In this document: positions 1-9,254 of the stretch, piece after piece | Layout: every line of letters starts with the position of its first letter | Position numbering within the stretch: position 1 is the stretch's first letter | DNA from: Psilocybe cubensis | Taxonomy: Eukaryota | Direction: 5' to 3' | DNA length: 47,784 nt | Assembly (NCBI GenBank): GCA_017499595.2 | Contig: JAFIQS020000016.1 | Location: forward strand, 124,001 to 171,784 | Program-made: the position numbers and the translations under genes | Notes under the pieces: generated by a model | Told to the model about the DNA's origin: nothing | Databases searched by the model: none | The model's input: the letters and a program-made list of their open reading frames with translations, nothing else

Positions 1-2899
1 CACCAATTCACATTCACATCTCATTCTTCAACACCAGCCTTCTGTGCAGGCTACCCTACCCATCAAGACGCCGCGGGATACGAGTGTATGTTTTGTAGGA
101 CACTTGCAGGTAAGTAATACGCTGTTCGACATGGATATGCGTTGACACGTAGCTGTTTGCGACAGCGACAAGCCTCTGCCAGCGGCGGACCGGTGTTGAA
201 AATGTAAGTTGTTCCGTGTTTTGCTCGTCGGGTACCACTCTTGATTGACCGCCCCATAACAGTGTTGAATCGACCTGGAAGTCGACGCCGGCGACGGACA
301 ACGACGCCTAGGTAAGTAAATCAACGCACTTTTTGTTGAGAATCTGCCTGAACTGACCTTGACACGCAGCATTCTCTGCAATACAGTAGCTGACATCCAA
401 CCACACCTTCTTGTCCATCATTCCAAGCAGCATACACGCTTTTGGCTTGCACAACCTTGGATCCGGCGATGTTGAAGTTGGATGAGGGCGAAGGGTGGTA
501 CCGCTGGAGTGTTGCGAGGTGAGTACACTGTATAACACAGTTAACAAAGCGGACTCACTAGAAACCCAAACGTTTCCAGTTGGTACATATCTTATTATAG
601 CCTGCTCTAGTATTGCTTGGATAGCAAATTTGATGTTAATATGGTGCTACAGAACCCGGAAGCCCGCTGCAACACGTACTCAGTGACATTCAGCGCAAGC
701 TCGTAAGAACGACGTGGTGTACGTATCATGGCCGTTTGCTGCATTTTGGTCATTTGAATGGCATCGGGGTACACAATTGGGTGCAGTGATGTCCGGTTGA
801 AGACTTGGTGGTGCGTGGTATAGAGATAATGGTCAAAAATGGGACAGGTTCACGCTGAGCCGTGAACCTGCTTATTTCTCACATTTTGACAGTTTCACAA
901 GTGCTATGGTATTATTTGAGTACTACAGAGATGAATTAATATGTCCTGTACCTGAATTAGTGCGTAAATAAAGTTGAGTGCGGCTGAGCAAAGATGAAAG
1001 TGTCAAAACATGTTAAGCGCCCGAATACACCCTCAACGAAATCAAACAAAAATGAAGAAATACCTGAATGTTAAACTCATTTCGTAGACTCCCCTGTACA
1101 GGTAGACTACGCAGTACACCCCTTAGTACTCATACCATCCATAGAAAGTCAACAATCACAAAAGTTTTATCAAAATTTTCAACACACGTACATGTCCACA
1201 TCCTCTCCCTCCCCCAATTCGCAATTCCAGCCTGTTTCCAACGTTTACTTTCGTTACAGGTCTTCTCGGGCACTAGCGGGGACATGCTTGGCTCGGATAT
1301 ACTGCCGTTATGCGCCCTAGAAGGTCAGAAGAAATGAGGGAAACAACATCGGTCCCATTGCATTTTGGAGGATTCAACTTACCTGGAGAGCGATTCTGCG
1401 TCGTTTCCGCGTCTGTCCCGGATTTTGGAGCCTCTGAGTACGTTGTTGGTGGTGCAGGACTGCCGATTGTGCCCGGATTAATGATTGGTAGGTCGGAAAT
1501 TTTGTTCTAGTCGCGTATCGTTGTGCGGAGTCATGATTGGAATACCCTCATCATTCCAATAATGCTTTTACCTAGTGTACGTCTTTTTCAATGTAAAGTA
1601 GCCCCTGATTGGAAGGGGAGTCGTTACCTGGACTGTCTGTATGACTTTGGGATTCACTGTGCCTGGCGTACGATATTCAAGTTTACATTGAATACGAACA
1701 TCAATTAAGCTCCGAGAATGCACATCTTTGCATACAACGCAAATAACACTTTAATCAGAGATCACATACCTATACTCGGCTGATATAGGAGTCAGCAGGT
1801 TTTAGGGTTTAGCCGTACGAGTCTTGAATGCGTGAATTGAATACCGCATTCCACAAATTGCATCGCGATACGTTGAAATGGGGGATATTGGTCCAGATCT
1901 GCGCAACGGCCAACCGGTCCAGCATCGCGTAACACTGCAGCAAAAGACAAGGGAGTATATTTGGGCTACTTCCGACATGCAGCGGACACTAGTAGGTATA
2001 TAAGGACGACTGACCTCGGCAATACCCTTCATTCCCTCATCCCCTCTCTTTTTCCCTCTCAGAGGTGTCCAGCACTTGTGCCCGCTCCCTTTTTATATGC
2101 CCCCTCCGACAAGTCGATGTTGACGGGCGTTGCAGCAGGTGTCTGACGGTGGGCGTTCTGGAGCATGGACAATGGTGAGCCTGACGGTGTGCAATGTGTG
2201 GGACAACACTGACGTACCTTTGCCCATTGTTGCGGTTTAGGGTTTCCGCGCGACGTGGCCGACGACACGGTATGTATCCTTTTCTTGCATTCTCTTGCTC
2301 TGCCCTCCGCTCAACGCCATTCAGCTCGCCCTCTCCGCTGTCCTACGCCTCGCAACTACGTGAATGCACCGCAACACCATGAGTATCGGAGTCCGCCCTT
2401 GCATTCTGAGCCGCTCCTGACCATCACCCTCGTAGAACATTATTGCCGACGAGTGAAGGATCTGGGAGGTAGGATTTAGGGTTCTCGGCAAGAACGTCAG
2501 AAGTGTCTGCAAATGCGGTGCGAAGAGGATAGGATGTGTGCTCGCGAGCGGTGTGAGTGTCGAGAGGAAGGTGGATAGGTAGTGGTAGTTGGACGTTTTT
2601 GGTCGTGAGAGTGCGTATGTGTATGTAGAGGAAGATGTAGATGGGGGAGGGAGGGGAGCGTGTAATGGTGGTTAGGAGAGCGCGTTGGAGAGGGCTGGGA
2701 GGGTGTTGAGCATTGGTGAGAGCAGGGAAATGGACTGTGCGAGTTGTGTGGCGTCTGCTGAAGAGAGGAATGCTACGGACGCCAGGAGCGCTGCATGGCG
2801 GACCTATTCAATACCATACGTTGTATAAACCACCACCACTACCACAAAAACCCAGCCGTCAGCACCTTCCTACCGAAATTATAAAGTAAAGCAGACACA

Positions 2900-3470
2900 C
2901 CTCGATATTCTCTGGATCCTGCAAGCCGCACTGAAACACACCGAGCATGGCATTGATCTGGAGGTCCATCACAAGGTTCGGACATCCCGCAAAAACTCTA
3001 TACGCGCTCTCCCTCAACATCCACCCGGGCACCGCACCACCACCCACACTGCCTGAACCCTCCTCACCTCCAAGCCCCTGTGCATGTGTCATACTAAACG
3101 CCTGCGCCTGCAACGCATGCCACGGTCTACCCCTCGCCATCCCCTGATTCGCAACATCACATATCATATCCACCGTCTTCCGCCTCACACTCCCTGCGCA
3201 CTCATGTGCCAATGAGAACAGCAGTAACCGCTCGAGGGGGTTGAGGGTCTGATGCGAGAGGTGGTCGTACAGCAAGGAATGGTTCGCGTGTGTGGTGTGC
3301 GAGGGTATGTGCTGCTGTTGCTGCTGCTGTCGGTGGTGCTGTTGTTGTTGCAGTTGTTGGTGGATGTCAGGGCCGGGGGCGGGCGGGCCGCCATTATTCA
3401 CTGTGAGAACAGGTGCCGGGAGGAAGAGGCGGCGGCGGAGGAGAATGCGCGAAAGCGAGCGCATCGTCTA
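2900..3470 (-). pseudogene. PSE1: Fragment of importin beta-3 (Pse1/Kap121/importin-5), N-terminal HEAT repeats
   Basis: ORF 2859..3464 contains ILLRR...LERLLLFSLAHE..VRRKTVDMICDVANQ...WHALQAQ...RESAYRVF...GLQDPENIEV, resembling the importin-5 N-terminus. No downstream exons are recognisable, so it is a fragment. Confidence 0.65.
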
Positions 3471-3752
3471 TATGCACGGATTCAGGAAGAGATAATGTAA
3501 GCAAACACAGACAAACACAAAGGCTTCCTCTGCCGCGTGTCGTTGTGGGCGGCGAGTGGACGCGACAGCGGGACGGCAGCCGGCGAGGGGAGGCGGCGCG
3601 GCAGCAGCGACAGGCGTCGAGTGGAGGAGGCGGCGGCAGCAGCGGCCCGGGGGTGGCGGCGCAACGACACGCAGTGGCGAGCGCAAGTGTCGGGACAGCG
3701 AGCGCAGGCATTGGGATGGTGAGCGGAGGCGTCGGGGGCGGTGAGACAGGCG

Positions 3753-3988
3753 GGAGGCCGGCCTCCAGTGGCTGGCGTGTACGAGTGGAGGCTGGCCTCC
3801 ACTCACGCGTACAACGCGCGTACGAATCGAGGCCGGCCTCAGGTGGCCTCGACACGTTTATTTTTAGACGGAGGCCGGCCTCCAGTGCCTGTCAAAAATT
3901 ATTTTTAGACGGAGGCCGGCCTCCAGTGACCTCCATCAATTTGGAGGCCGGCCTCCAGTGGCCTCCATCAATTTGGAGGCCGGCCTCC
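3753..3988. repeat. Array of seven GGAGGCCGGCCTCC-type palindromes
   Basis: Copies at about 3753, 3787 (variant), 3829 (12-bp core), 3870, 3911, 3943 and 3975. Confidence 0.85.
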
Positions 3989-4159
3989 ATAAATTACATA
4001 TTTAATTATGTAGCACCTCCGTATGTACCAAATAAAATATTTTAAAAGTGCATTTGGGGGTTTTTGAGGTCGAGAAATCCGAATCTAGCATCAGATTTCC
4101 GGAATTCTAAACAGGAGGCCCAATGCAACGAAGGCCCCCCCTTCGGGGGGGAATAAGCC

Positions 4160-4815
4160 TAGGAAGTAAGGTAGGCGTGTGAACTTCCGAACGGCATGTG
4201 ATTGTGAAGGGCCGGATCTAATTTAGTACATGGGAAAAGTTACTTAGTACCTCGGGAAAAGTTCCTTAGTACCGTGGAAACATTTTTGATGGACCGGATC
4301 ATGAACTGTCCAATTAAGATTCACAACAATCAATCAATTGATTGTTAGGTAAGGACCCAGGTAAGCTATTTATACTCTAGACATGTGAATATTCCCATGT
4401 CGCGGTTACTCGGAGCCACGTAACCAGAGTACTCTATATCCATGTGATTCACATCACAGTCAATAACCCACGATGTCAAAGAACAAAAGTGTTGGATCCA
4501 CTTTTGACAGGTTACCATGTGCCACATTGACCCGTGACACTCTGTTCATCAGAGACCTGTCTAACTTGACAATAAACATTGACAGATTTGTGATAGTCGG
4601 TAAGATACATGACAGCTGCGCAGCATCACTTCACGCGCTGTCATCGGATGTCTAGAACATTCCTTCTAAGAATAGCCACTGAAGAGTCTATAAAGACGAA
4701 AGGGCTGGTTGTTGGGATCCCCCAACAGCCCTCTGGCTTCTTTCCATTTTAACTCCCAGTTTAAACTAGTCGCTCGCACCTCGCTTCGCTCGGTGCTCGC
4801 TCCCCCCCTAAACCC
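4160..4815 (+). repeat. Pseudo-LTR copy 1
   Basis: Matches 8573-9228 by eye. Confidence 0.92.
4674..4738 (+). ncRNA. Type I hammerhead ribozyme, copy 1
   Basis: Stem I AGCCA/TGGCT; core CTGAAGA (4679-4685); stem II GTCT-ATAA-AGAC; GAAA (4698-4701); stem III GGGCTG/CAGCCC; CUC triplet with predicted cleavage after C4733. Confidence 0.9.
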
Positions 4816-4844
4816 AACGACTTTGCTATCACCCATCAGCCACT

Positions 4845-6003
4845 ATGTCATCCCAATATTCTGCTGCTTTCTCTCGTGCCATGTCCCCCACCCTGGACGC
4901 ACTCACCCAGGCCGTCGTCAACAACACCGTCTTCGGCGTCAACGATGAAGCAGGCCGCCATAACGCTCTGATCGACGAGCTGGCCACTGTGGTCATCAAA
5001 AAAATAGCTGAGTGCCGCTCCGTTGACCAAGTCATAGACTGCGTCTTTTTTGACTATCGTGCTGCCCTTAGGGAGTTTCTCCACAACCTCGCATCGTGGT
5101 GCGATAAGAGGGAAACAGTCAAGGCTAGCCTCGAGCGCCTTGAATCTGCCGTTAGCGCAGGCAACACGCCCAATCGCCTTAAGGTGAAGGCACCCGAGTT
5201 CCAACTTACGAAGGAATTCGCGGATGCCGGGTCAGCGGAGGCTCTTCGAGTCTCCACTACGTTCTCTTCCGCTCGTGATGCCTTCCAAAAGGCAATTAAC
5301 GACGGCGCCGTTCAGGCGAAAAAGGACGAGCTGGCTTTTTGGGATGATAAATGCGCGCTCAACTCTTGCTACGAAGCTGCTGCCCTCATCGTTAAGGCAA
5401 CTTACGATGATCGCAAATCCAGCTACAAGCTCCCTGTTTTCTCTACAGACAACAAGGGAGTTCGACGTATAGCAGAGTGGGTAGTGTCTCCGCAAAAGAA
5501 AGCCGAATGCAGTGCGCTGCAAACTATACTGCCGGCGATCTTTTCTCATATCAAACAGATTGTCAACATGCGCCACCGCGCCTTGGCAATTAAGATTGAG
5601 AAAAAGCGGACGACTGCGGCAACAGCCGATGTCGAGATGGCCGATGCGACCAAACCAGGTCCATCGATTCAATCCCTTATTGATAAGGGCTTGAATGCAC
5701 GTCTCAAAAAGCTCAACCTTGGATCTGTGGGCAAGAAGGCAAGTTTTCGTAACCCTTCACCCATAATTCTGGACACTAATTATTACTCTAATTACCCAGA
5801 CTTTGTCTGGCCAGAATTCGTCCAAGGCTCCTCAACCTCAGGCCAGGAAAGCTGGCCCTTCGAAACCCAAGTCGTCGTCGACGCCTTCGCAGAGGAAGCC
5901 TCAAACCAAGGCTTCCAACAAGGTCGACAACAAGAAGAAAGGGAAGGGGAGAGCTCCCGTCAAGAACAACGATCCAAAGGGAAAGGGAAAGGCAAGAGCC
6001 TAG
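4845..6003 (+). CDS. Predicted spliced ORF1 (365 aa, helical body with Lys-rich tail); exons 4845-5738 and 5800-6003
   Basis: AAG|GCAAGT donor at 5739, CTAAT branch candidates and CCCAG acceptor at 5799 (61 nt). Splicing joins codon 298 in phase with the basic frame ending KKKGKGRAPVKNNDPKGKGKARA*. Confidence 0.6.
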
Positions 6004-8378
6004 ACGCGCGGTCTACTGTAGCATCATTTACGTCGGTGAGACCCGCCTTCCCCAACTCTATTCCTGACGATATACTCACCATGACTAAAACAGACGCAGT
6101 TTCTTTTGTACACCTCAATACCCCGATTTCATTCTTATTGGCTGGCCAGTATAGATCTAGTGTACACTGTAGTCCTGGTGTTTCGGTCCCTGTTGATGTA
6201 GCAAATGATTTATCTCTTGGACTCAATTATATGTTTTTTACACTGCCTTCTAAAAGTCTGATCATGCAAGCATGGAATGATTTTCAACGAAGAATAAGAT
6301 GGCGTATCTATTTTTTGTTTAAAGAAGGCATGAATAAACCTTTCGATCCAGACTATGGAGTAAGCTCTAAAAAGAAAGAGAAACCTCCAATGTTACCGCA
6401 ATTTATGGAACTTGGCCTTTCAATGGGACGTCGGTACGTTATTAAAACGATCGCAAGTATCCCGGAAGAAGCCCTTAAAGAGATGCGAAAGCACGCGTTC
6501 TCTCCTAAAAGGGACAAGATCCAAAAGTTTCTTATCGATAACAACTATGTTATTACGATGACAGATAAGAATCTTGGCCTCGCGGTGTCTGAACGCGACT
6601 GGATATTAAGGAATGAGCTCAATCTTCTTGAAGATGAACGCAACTACGAAGAGTTAGAATTCGAAGTTGCGCAAGAAGTTATGAAGAGCAAAATGATTCA
6701 GATGCAAACTCTCGCACGTACCGTCGAAGATGAACATCTGTTTCTATTTGAACTTGGGTTGTCTCGATTCTTTCTATCGAATGTACCGGAAGACGGATCA
6801 TCGTTCAAGTATCCTCAATTTCATGGTATACCTAAAATCCACAAGAAACCTACTGGATTTAGGCCCATAATTCCGTGTCACTCTGTAGTTTTTAATCCTG
6901 CAGCCAAGTTTGTATCAAAAGAGCTTAAGCCGATTATTAAATCGACTCCTTCAATCATTCACGGAACGAAGGATCTCTTTACGAGATTAAGCCAATTGCG
7001 TATAGACCCCAAACGACAATGGTATTTTGTCACCGGGGATGTAGTCGCTTTCTATCCCAATATTCCGTTGGACTTGTGCATCGAAATCGTTTGTAGTATG
7101 TACGAGGAATGGTTACTCAACGCTTCGGAAGAAAACACTGCATTAGCCCATATTAATCCAAATTCGTTAGAGAATAACTTGGTTAAATTGGGCATCTTTA
7201 AACGTGCTATCGAGATTGGCAATACGCAATTGATAACACAACATGGGTCTAGATATTTTAGACAAAAAAATGGCCTCGCAATGGGCGTCGCGGATTCTCC
7301 GGACCTTGCTAACCTCTTTGGAGCCCATTTTGAAATAAAGTCAAAAATCTTAGACCACCCAAATGTGGCCTTCTATGGAAGGTACATCGACGATTGTTTC
7401 GCAATTGTTTACGCCGAGTCCGAAGCACTTGCACTTAATCTTATTAAAGAAACAATAAAGTTCGATGGTTGTGTTATCGAATGGGCTGTTTCCTTGTCGG
7501 GATGTCAATTTCTCGATGCTTTCATATTCAAGGAGTCTGGAAAACTTCATTGGAAGCCATTTGTCAAGACAGGAAACAACCGAGAACGAGTTCCATGGGT
7601 ATCACATCATCCTTTGGACGTCAAACGTGGCGTCTACATTGGAGAGTTATCCAGGTTAGCCGTGCTATGTAGTACCAAGGAAATCTACATTGGAGCAATT
7701 AGAGACCTTAACGCTCTCTATTTGATGCGCGGTTATCCCGAAAACCTAGTCATGTCTTGGTGTAAGAAGAATATACAAGAACGTTGGAAAAAGCGATTCG
7801 CTTTACGAGTCGCAGAGCACGACGAATCCATTCTTGTACTTAAAACCAGGTTTGATCAGGTATGGAATTGGTTTTCAGCTGCTGAACTTGGAAAAACTGT
7901 TACCAAGTACTGGTCGGCATGGTATGAACATGCCGAGAAAGGTCTGTATAGTGCAGACTCGTCCAGACCCCTTATCAAACCAGATCCAAATTACGTTCAC
8001 GACCTCGATGATGTTCGCCCGGAGCTGTTCACACAGATCCTCGTGGACGGAGAAACTGAGTTCGTACCGGATTTGAGGAAGATAGGACTACTCGGAAGTC
8101 GTTGGATAGTATCGCGAAAACGCAATACTAATCTTTTCGACCTTGCAAATGTGTGGAAGAAAACAGTCTTTCGTAAACTGGATGAAGACATTGCCGAAAA
8201 AGGTGGTGTTGTTCCCGAAACTCAAAACGTTAATGAAACTTATCATTCTGCTCTAGTTGAAGCTGCTGAGCAGATAAGTATCGAAAGTGATAACGAGATA
8301 ATACTTCATAGACGTTCAATCTCACAAGAGAGGGAACATCCAGAATTCGGCAGAATATCCAAATCTTACAACCGATGA
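4845..8378 (+). CDS. Penelope-like ORF1-reverse transcriptase polyprotein (1177 aa unspliced frame), no endonuclease
   Basis: RT motifs TDKNLG, FHGIPKIHKKPTGFRPII, GDVVAFYPNI, QKNGLAMG, RYIDD and FLD, then the PLE C-terminal extension HPLDVKRGVYIGELSRL. No GIY-YIG motif is visible. Confidence 0.92.
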   Translation: MSSQYSAAFSRAMSPTLDALTQAVVNNTVFGVNDEAGRHNALIDELATVVIKKIAECRSVDQVIDCVFFDYRAALREFLHNLASWCDKRETVKASLERLESAVSAGNTPNRLKVKAPEFQLTKEFADAGSAEALRVSTTFSSARDAFQKAINDGAVQAKKDELAFWDDKCALNSCYEAAALIVKATYDDRKSSYKLPVFSTDNKGVRRIAEWVVSPQKKAECSALQTILPAIFSHIKQIVNMRHRALAIKIEKKRTTAATADVEMADATKPGPSIQSLIDKGLNARLKKLNLGSVGKKASFRNPSPIILDTNYYSNYPDFVWPEFVQGSSTSGQESWPFETQVVVDAFAEEASNQGFQQGRQQEEREGESSRQEQRSKGKGKGKSLDARSTVASFTSVRPAFPNSIPDDILTMTKTDAVSFVHLNTPISFLLAGQYRSSVHCSPGVSVPVDVANDLSLGLNYMFFTLPSKSLIMQAWNDFQRRIRWRIYFLFKEGMNKPFDPDYGVSSKKKEKPPMLPQFMELGLSMGRRYVIKTIASIPEEALKEMRKHAFSPKRDKIQKFLIDNNYVITMTDKNLGLAVSERDWILRNELNLLEDERNYEELEFEVAQEVMKSKMIQMQTLARTVEDEHLFLFELGLSRFFLSNVPEDGSSFKYPQFHGIPKIHKKPTGFRPIIPCHSVVFNPAAKFVSKELKPIIKSTPSIIHGTKDLFTRLSQLRIDPKRQWYFVTGDVVAFYPNIPLDLCIEIVCSMYEEWLLNASEENTALAHINPNSLENNLVKLGIFKRAIEIGNTQLITQHGSRYFRQKNGLAMGVADSPDLANLFGAHFEIKSKILDHPNVAFYGRYIDDCFAIVYAESEALALNLIKETIKFDGCVIEWAVSLSGCQFLDAFIFKESGKLHWKPFVKTGNNRERVPWVSHHPLDVKRGVYIGELSRLAVLCSTKEIYIGAIRDLNALYLMRGYPENLVMSWCKKNIQERWKKRFALRVAEHDESILVLKTRFDQVWNWFSAAELGKTVTKYWSAWYEHAEKGLYSADSSRPLIKPDPNYVHDLDDVRPELFTQILVDGETEFVPDLRKIGLLGSRWIVSRKRNTNLFDLANVWKKTVFRKLDEDIAEKGGVVPETQNVNETYHSALVEAAEQISIESDNEIILHRRSISQEREHPEFGRISKSYNR

Positions 8379-8490
8379 AAAGAATACTAGCGCTTAAGGC
8401 GTAAAGCATTAGAAAAAAACCCTAACCGTAAGTATTCCTTGCTACAAAGTAACAAACATCTACTTACAAGCAACACATTGGATTAAATAG

Positions 8491-8572
8491 CTAAACCTAA
8501 ACCTAAACCCTAAACCCTAAACCCTAAGCCCTAACCTAACCCCAACCCTAAGCTAACTAAGTCTAACCTTAG
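8491..8572 (+). repeat. Degenerate telomere-like C-strand repeats inside the element 3' UTR
   Basis: ctaaacctaaacctaaaccctaaaccctaaaccctaagccctaacctaaccccaaccctaag... Confidence 0.85.
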
Positions 8573-9228
8573 TAGGAAGTAAGGTAGGCGTGTGAACTTC
8601 CGAACGGCATGTGATTGTGAAGGGCCGGATCTAATTTAGTACATGGGAAAAGTTACTTAGTACCTCGGGAAAAGTTCCTTAGTACCGTGGAAACATTTTT
8701 GATGGACCGGATCATGAACTGTCCAATTAAGATTCACAACAATCAATCAATTGATTGTTAGGTAAGGACCCAGGTAAGCTATTTATACTCTAGACATGTG
8801 AATATTCCCATGTCGCGGTTACTCGGAGCCACGTAACCAGAGTACTCTATATCCATGTGATTCACATCACAGTCAATAACCCACGATGTCAAAGAACAAA
8901 AGTGTTGGATCCACTTTTGACAGGTTACCATGTGCCACATTGACCCGTGACACTCTGTTCATCAGAGACCTGTCTAACTTGACAATAAACATTGACAGAT
9001 TTGTGATAGTCGGTAAGATACATGACAGCTGCGCAGCATCACTTCACGCGCTGTCATCGGATGTCTAGAACATTCCTTCTAAGAATAGCCACTGAAGAGT
9101 CTATAAAGACGAAAGGGCTGGTTGTTGGGATCCCCCAACAGCCCTCTGGCTTCTTTCCATTTTAACTCCCAGTTTAAACTAGTCGCTCGCACCTCGCTTC
9201 GCTCGGTGCTCGCTCCCCCCCTAAACCC
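8573..9228 (+). repeat. Pseudo-LTR copy 2
   Basis: Direct repeat of 4160-4815. Confidence 0.92.
9087..9151 (+). ncRNA. Type I hammerhead ribozyme, copy 2
   Basis: Same sequence as copy 1; predicted cleavage after C9146. Confidence 0.9.
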
Positions 9229-9254
9229 TAAACCCTAAACCCTAACCCTAAACC
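9219..9254 (+). repeat. Telomeric repeats (CCCTAAA/CCCTAA)n, junction 1
   Basis: ccctaaaccctaaaccctaaaccctaaccctaaacc. Confidence 0.9.

Larger units (their letters stand above)
4160..9228 (+). mobile_element. Endonuclease-deficient Penelope-like retroelement (Coprina-like) with pseudo-LTRs
   Basis: PLE-type RT ORF without a GIY-YIG domain. It is flanked by 656-bp direct repeats (4160-4815 and 8573-9228, offset 4413) that end in CCCCCCCTAAACCC and abut telomere-like repeats. Confidence 0.92.

Noticed and set aside
1-1700. Possible degraded minus-strand gene(s)
   Set aside because: Exon-like pieces are present but contain stops, and I could not recognise any family.
1798-2485. Isolated TTTAGGG(TTT) motifs near 1800, 2236 and 2474
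   Set aside because: Only 1-2 units each; compatible with chance.
3753-3988. Palindromic repeats with spacers resembling a CRISPR array
   Set aside because: Eukaryotic context, irregular and partly repeated spacers, 14-bp repeats and no cas genes.
3252-4045. GC-rich ORFs with poly-Cys, poly-Leu or poly-Gly runs
   Set aside because: Alternative-frame readings of CAG-type microsatellite, GC-rich sequence and the palindrome array.
4473-4655. 60-65 aa ORF (MSKNKSVGSTFDRL...) repeated four times
   Set aside because: It recurs only because the pseudo-LTR is repeated. It overlaps dense RNA stems, has no recognisable motif, and its stop shifts in copy 3.
4845-8378. Telomerase (TERT), group II intron or LINE RT
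   Set aside because: The motifs (DKNLG, PKIHK..RPII, GLAMG, RYIDD), pseudo-LTRs and hammerheads fit Penelope-like elements. No TERT T-motif, APE domain or maturase context is visible.
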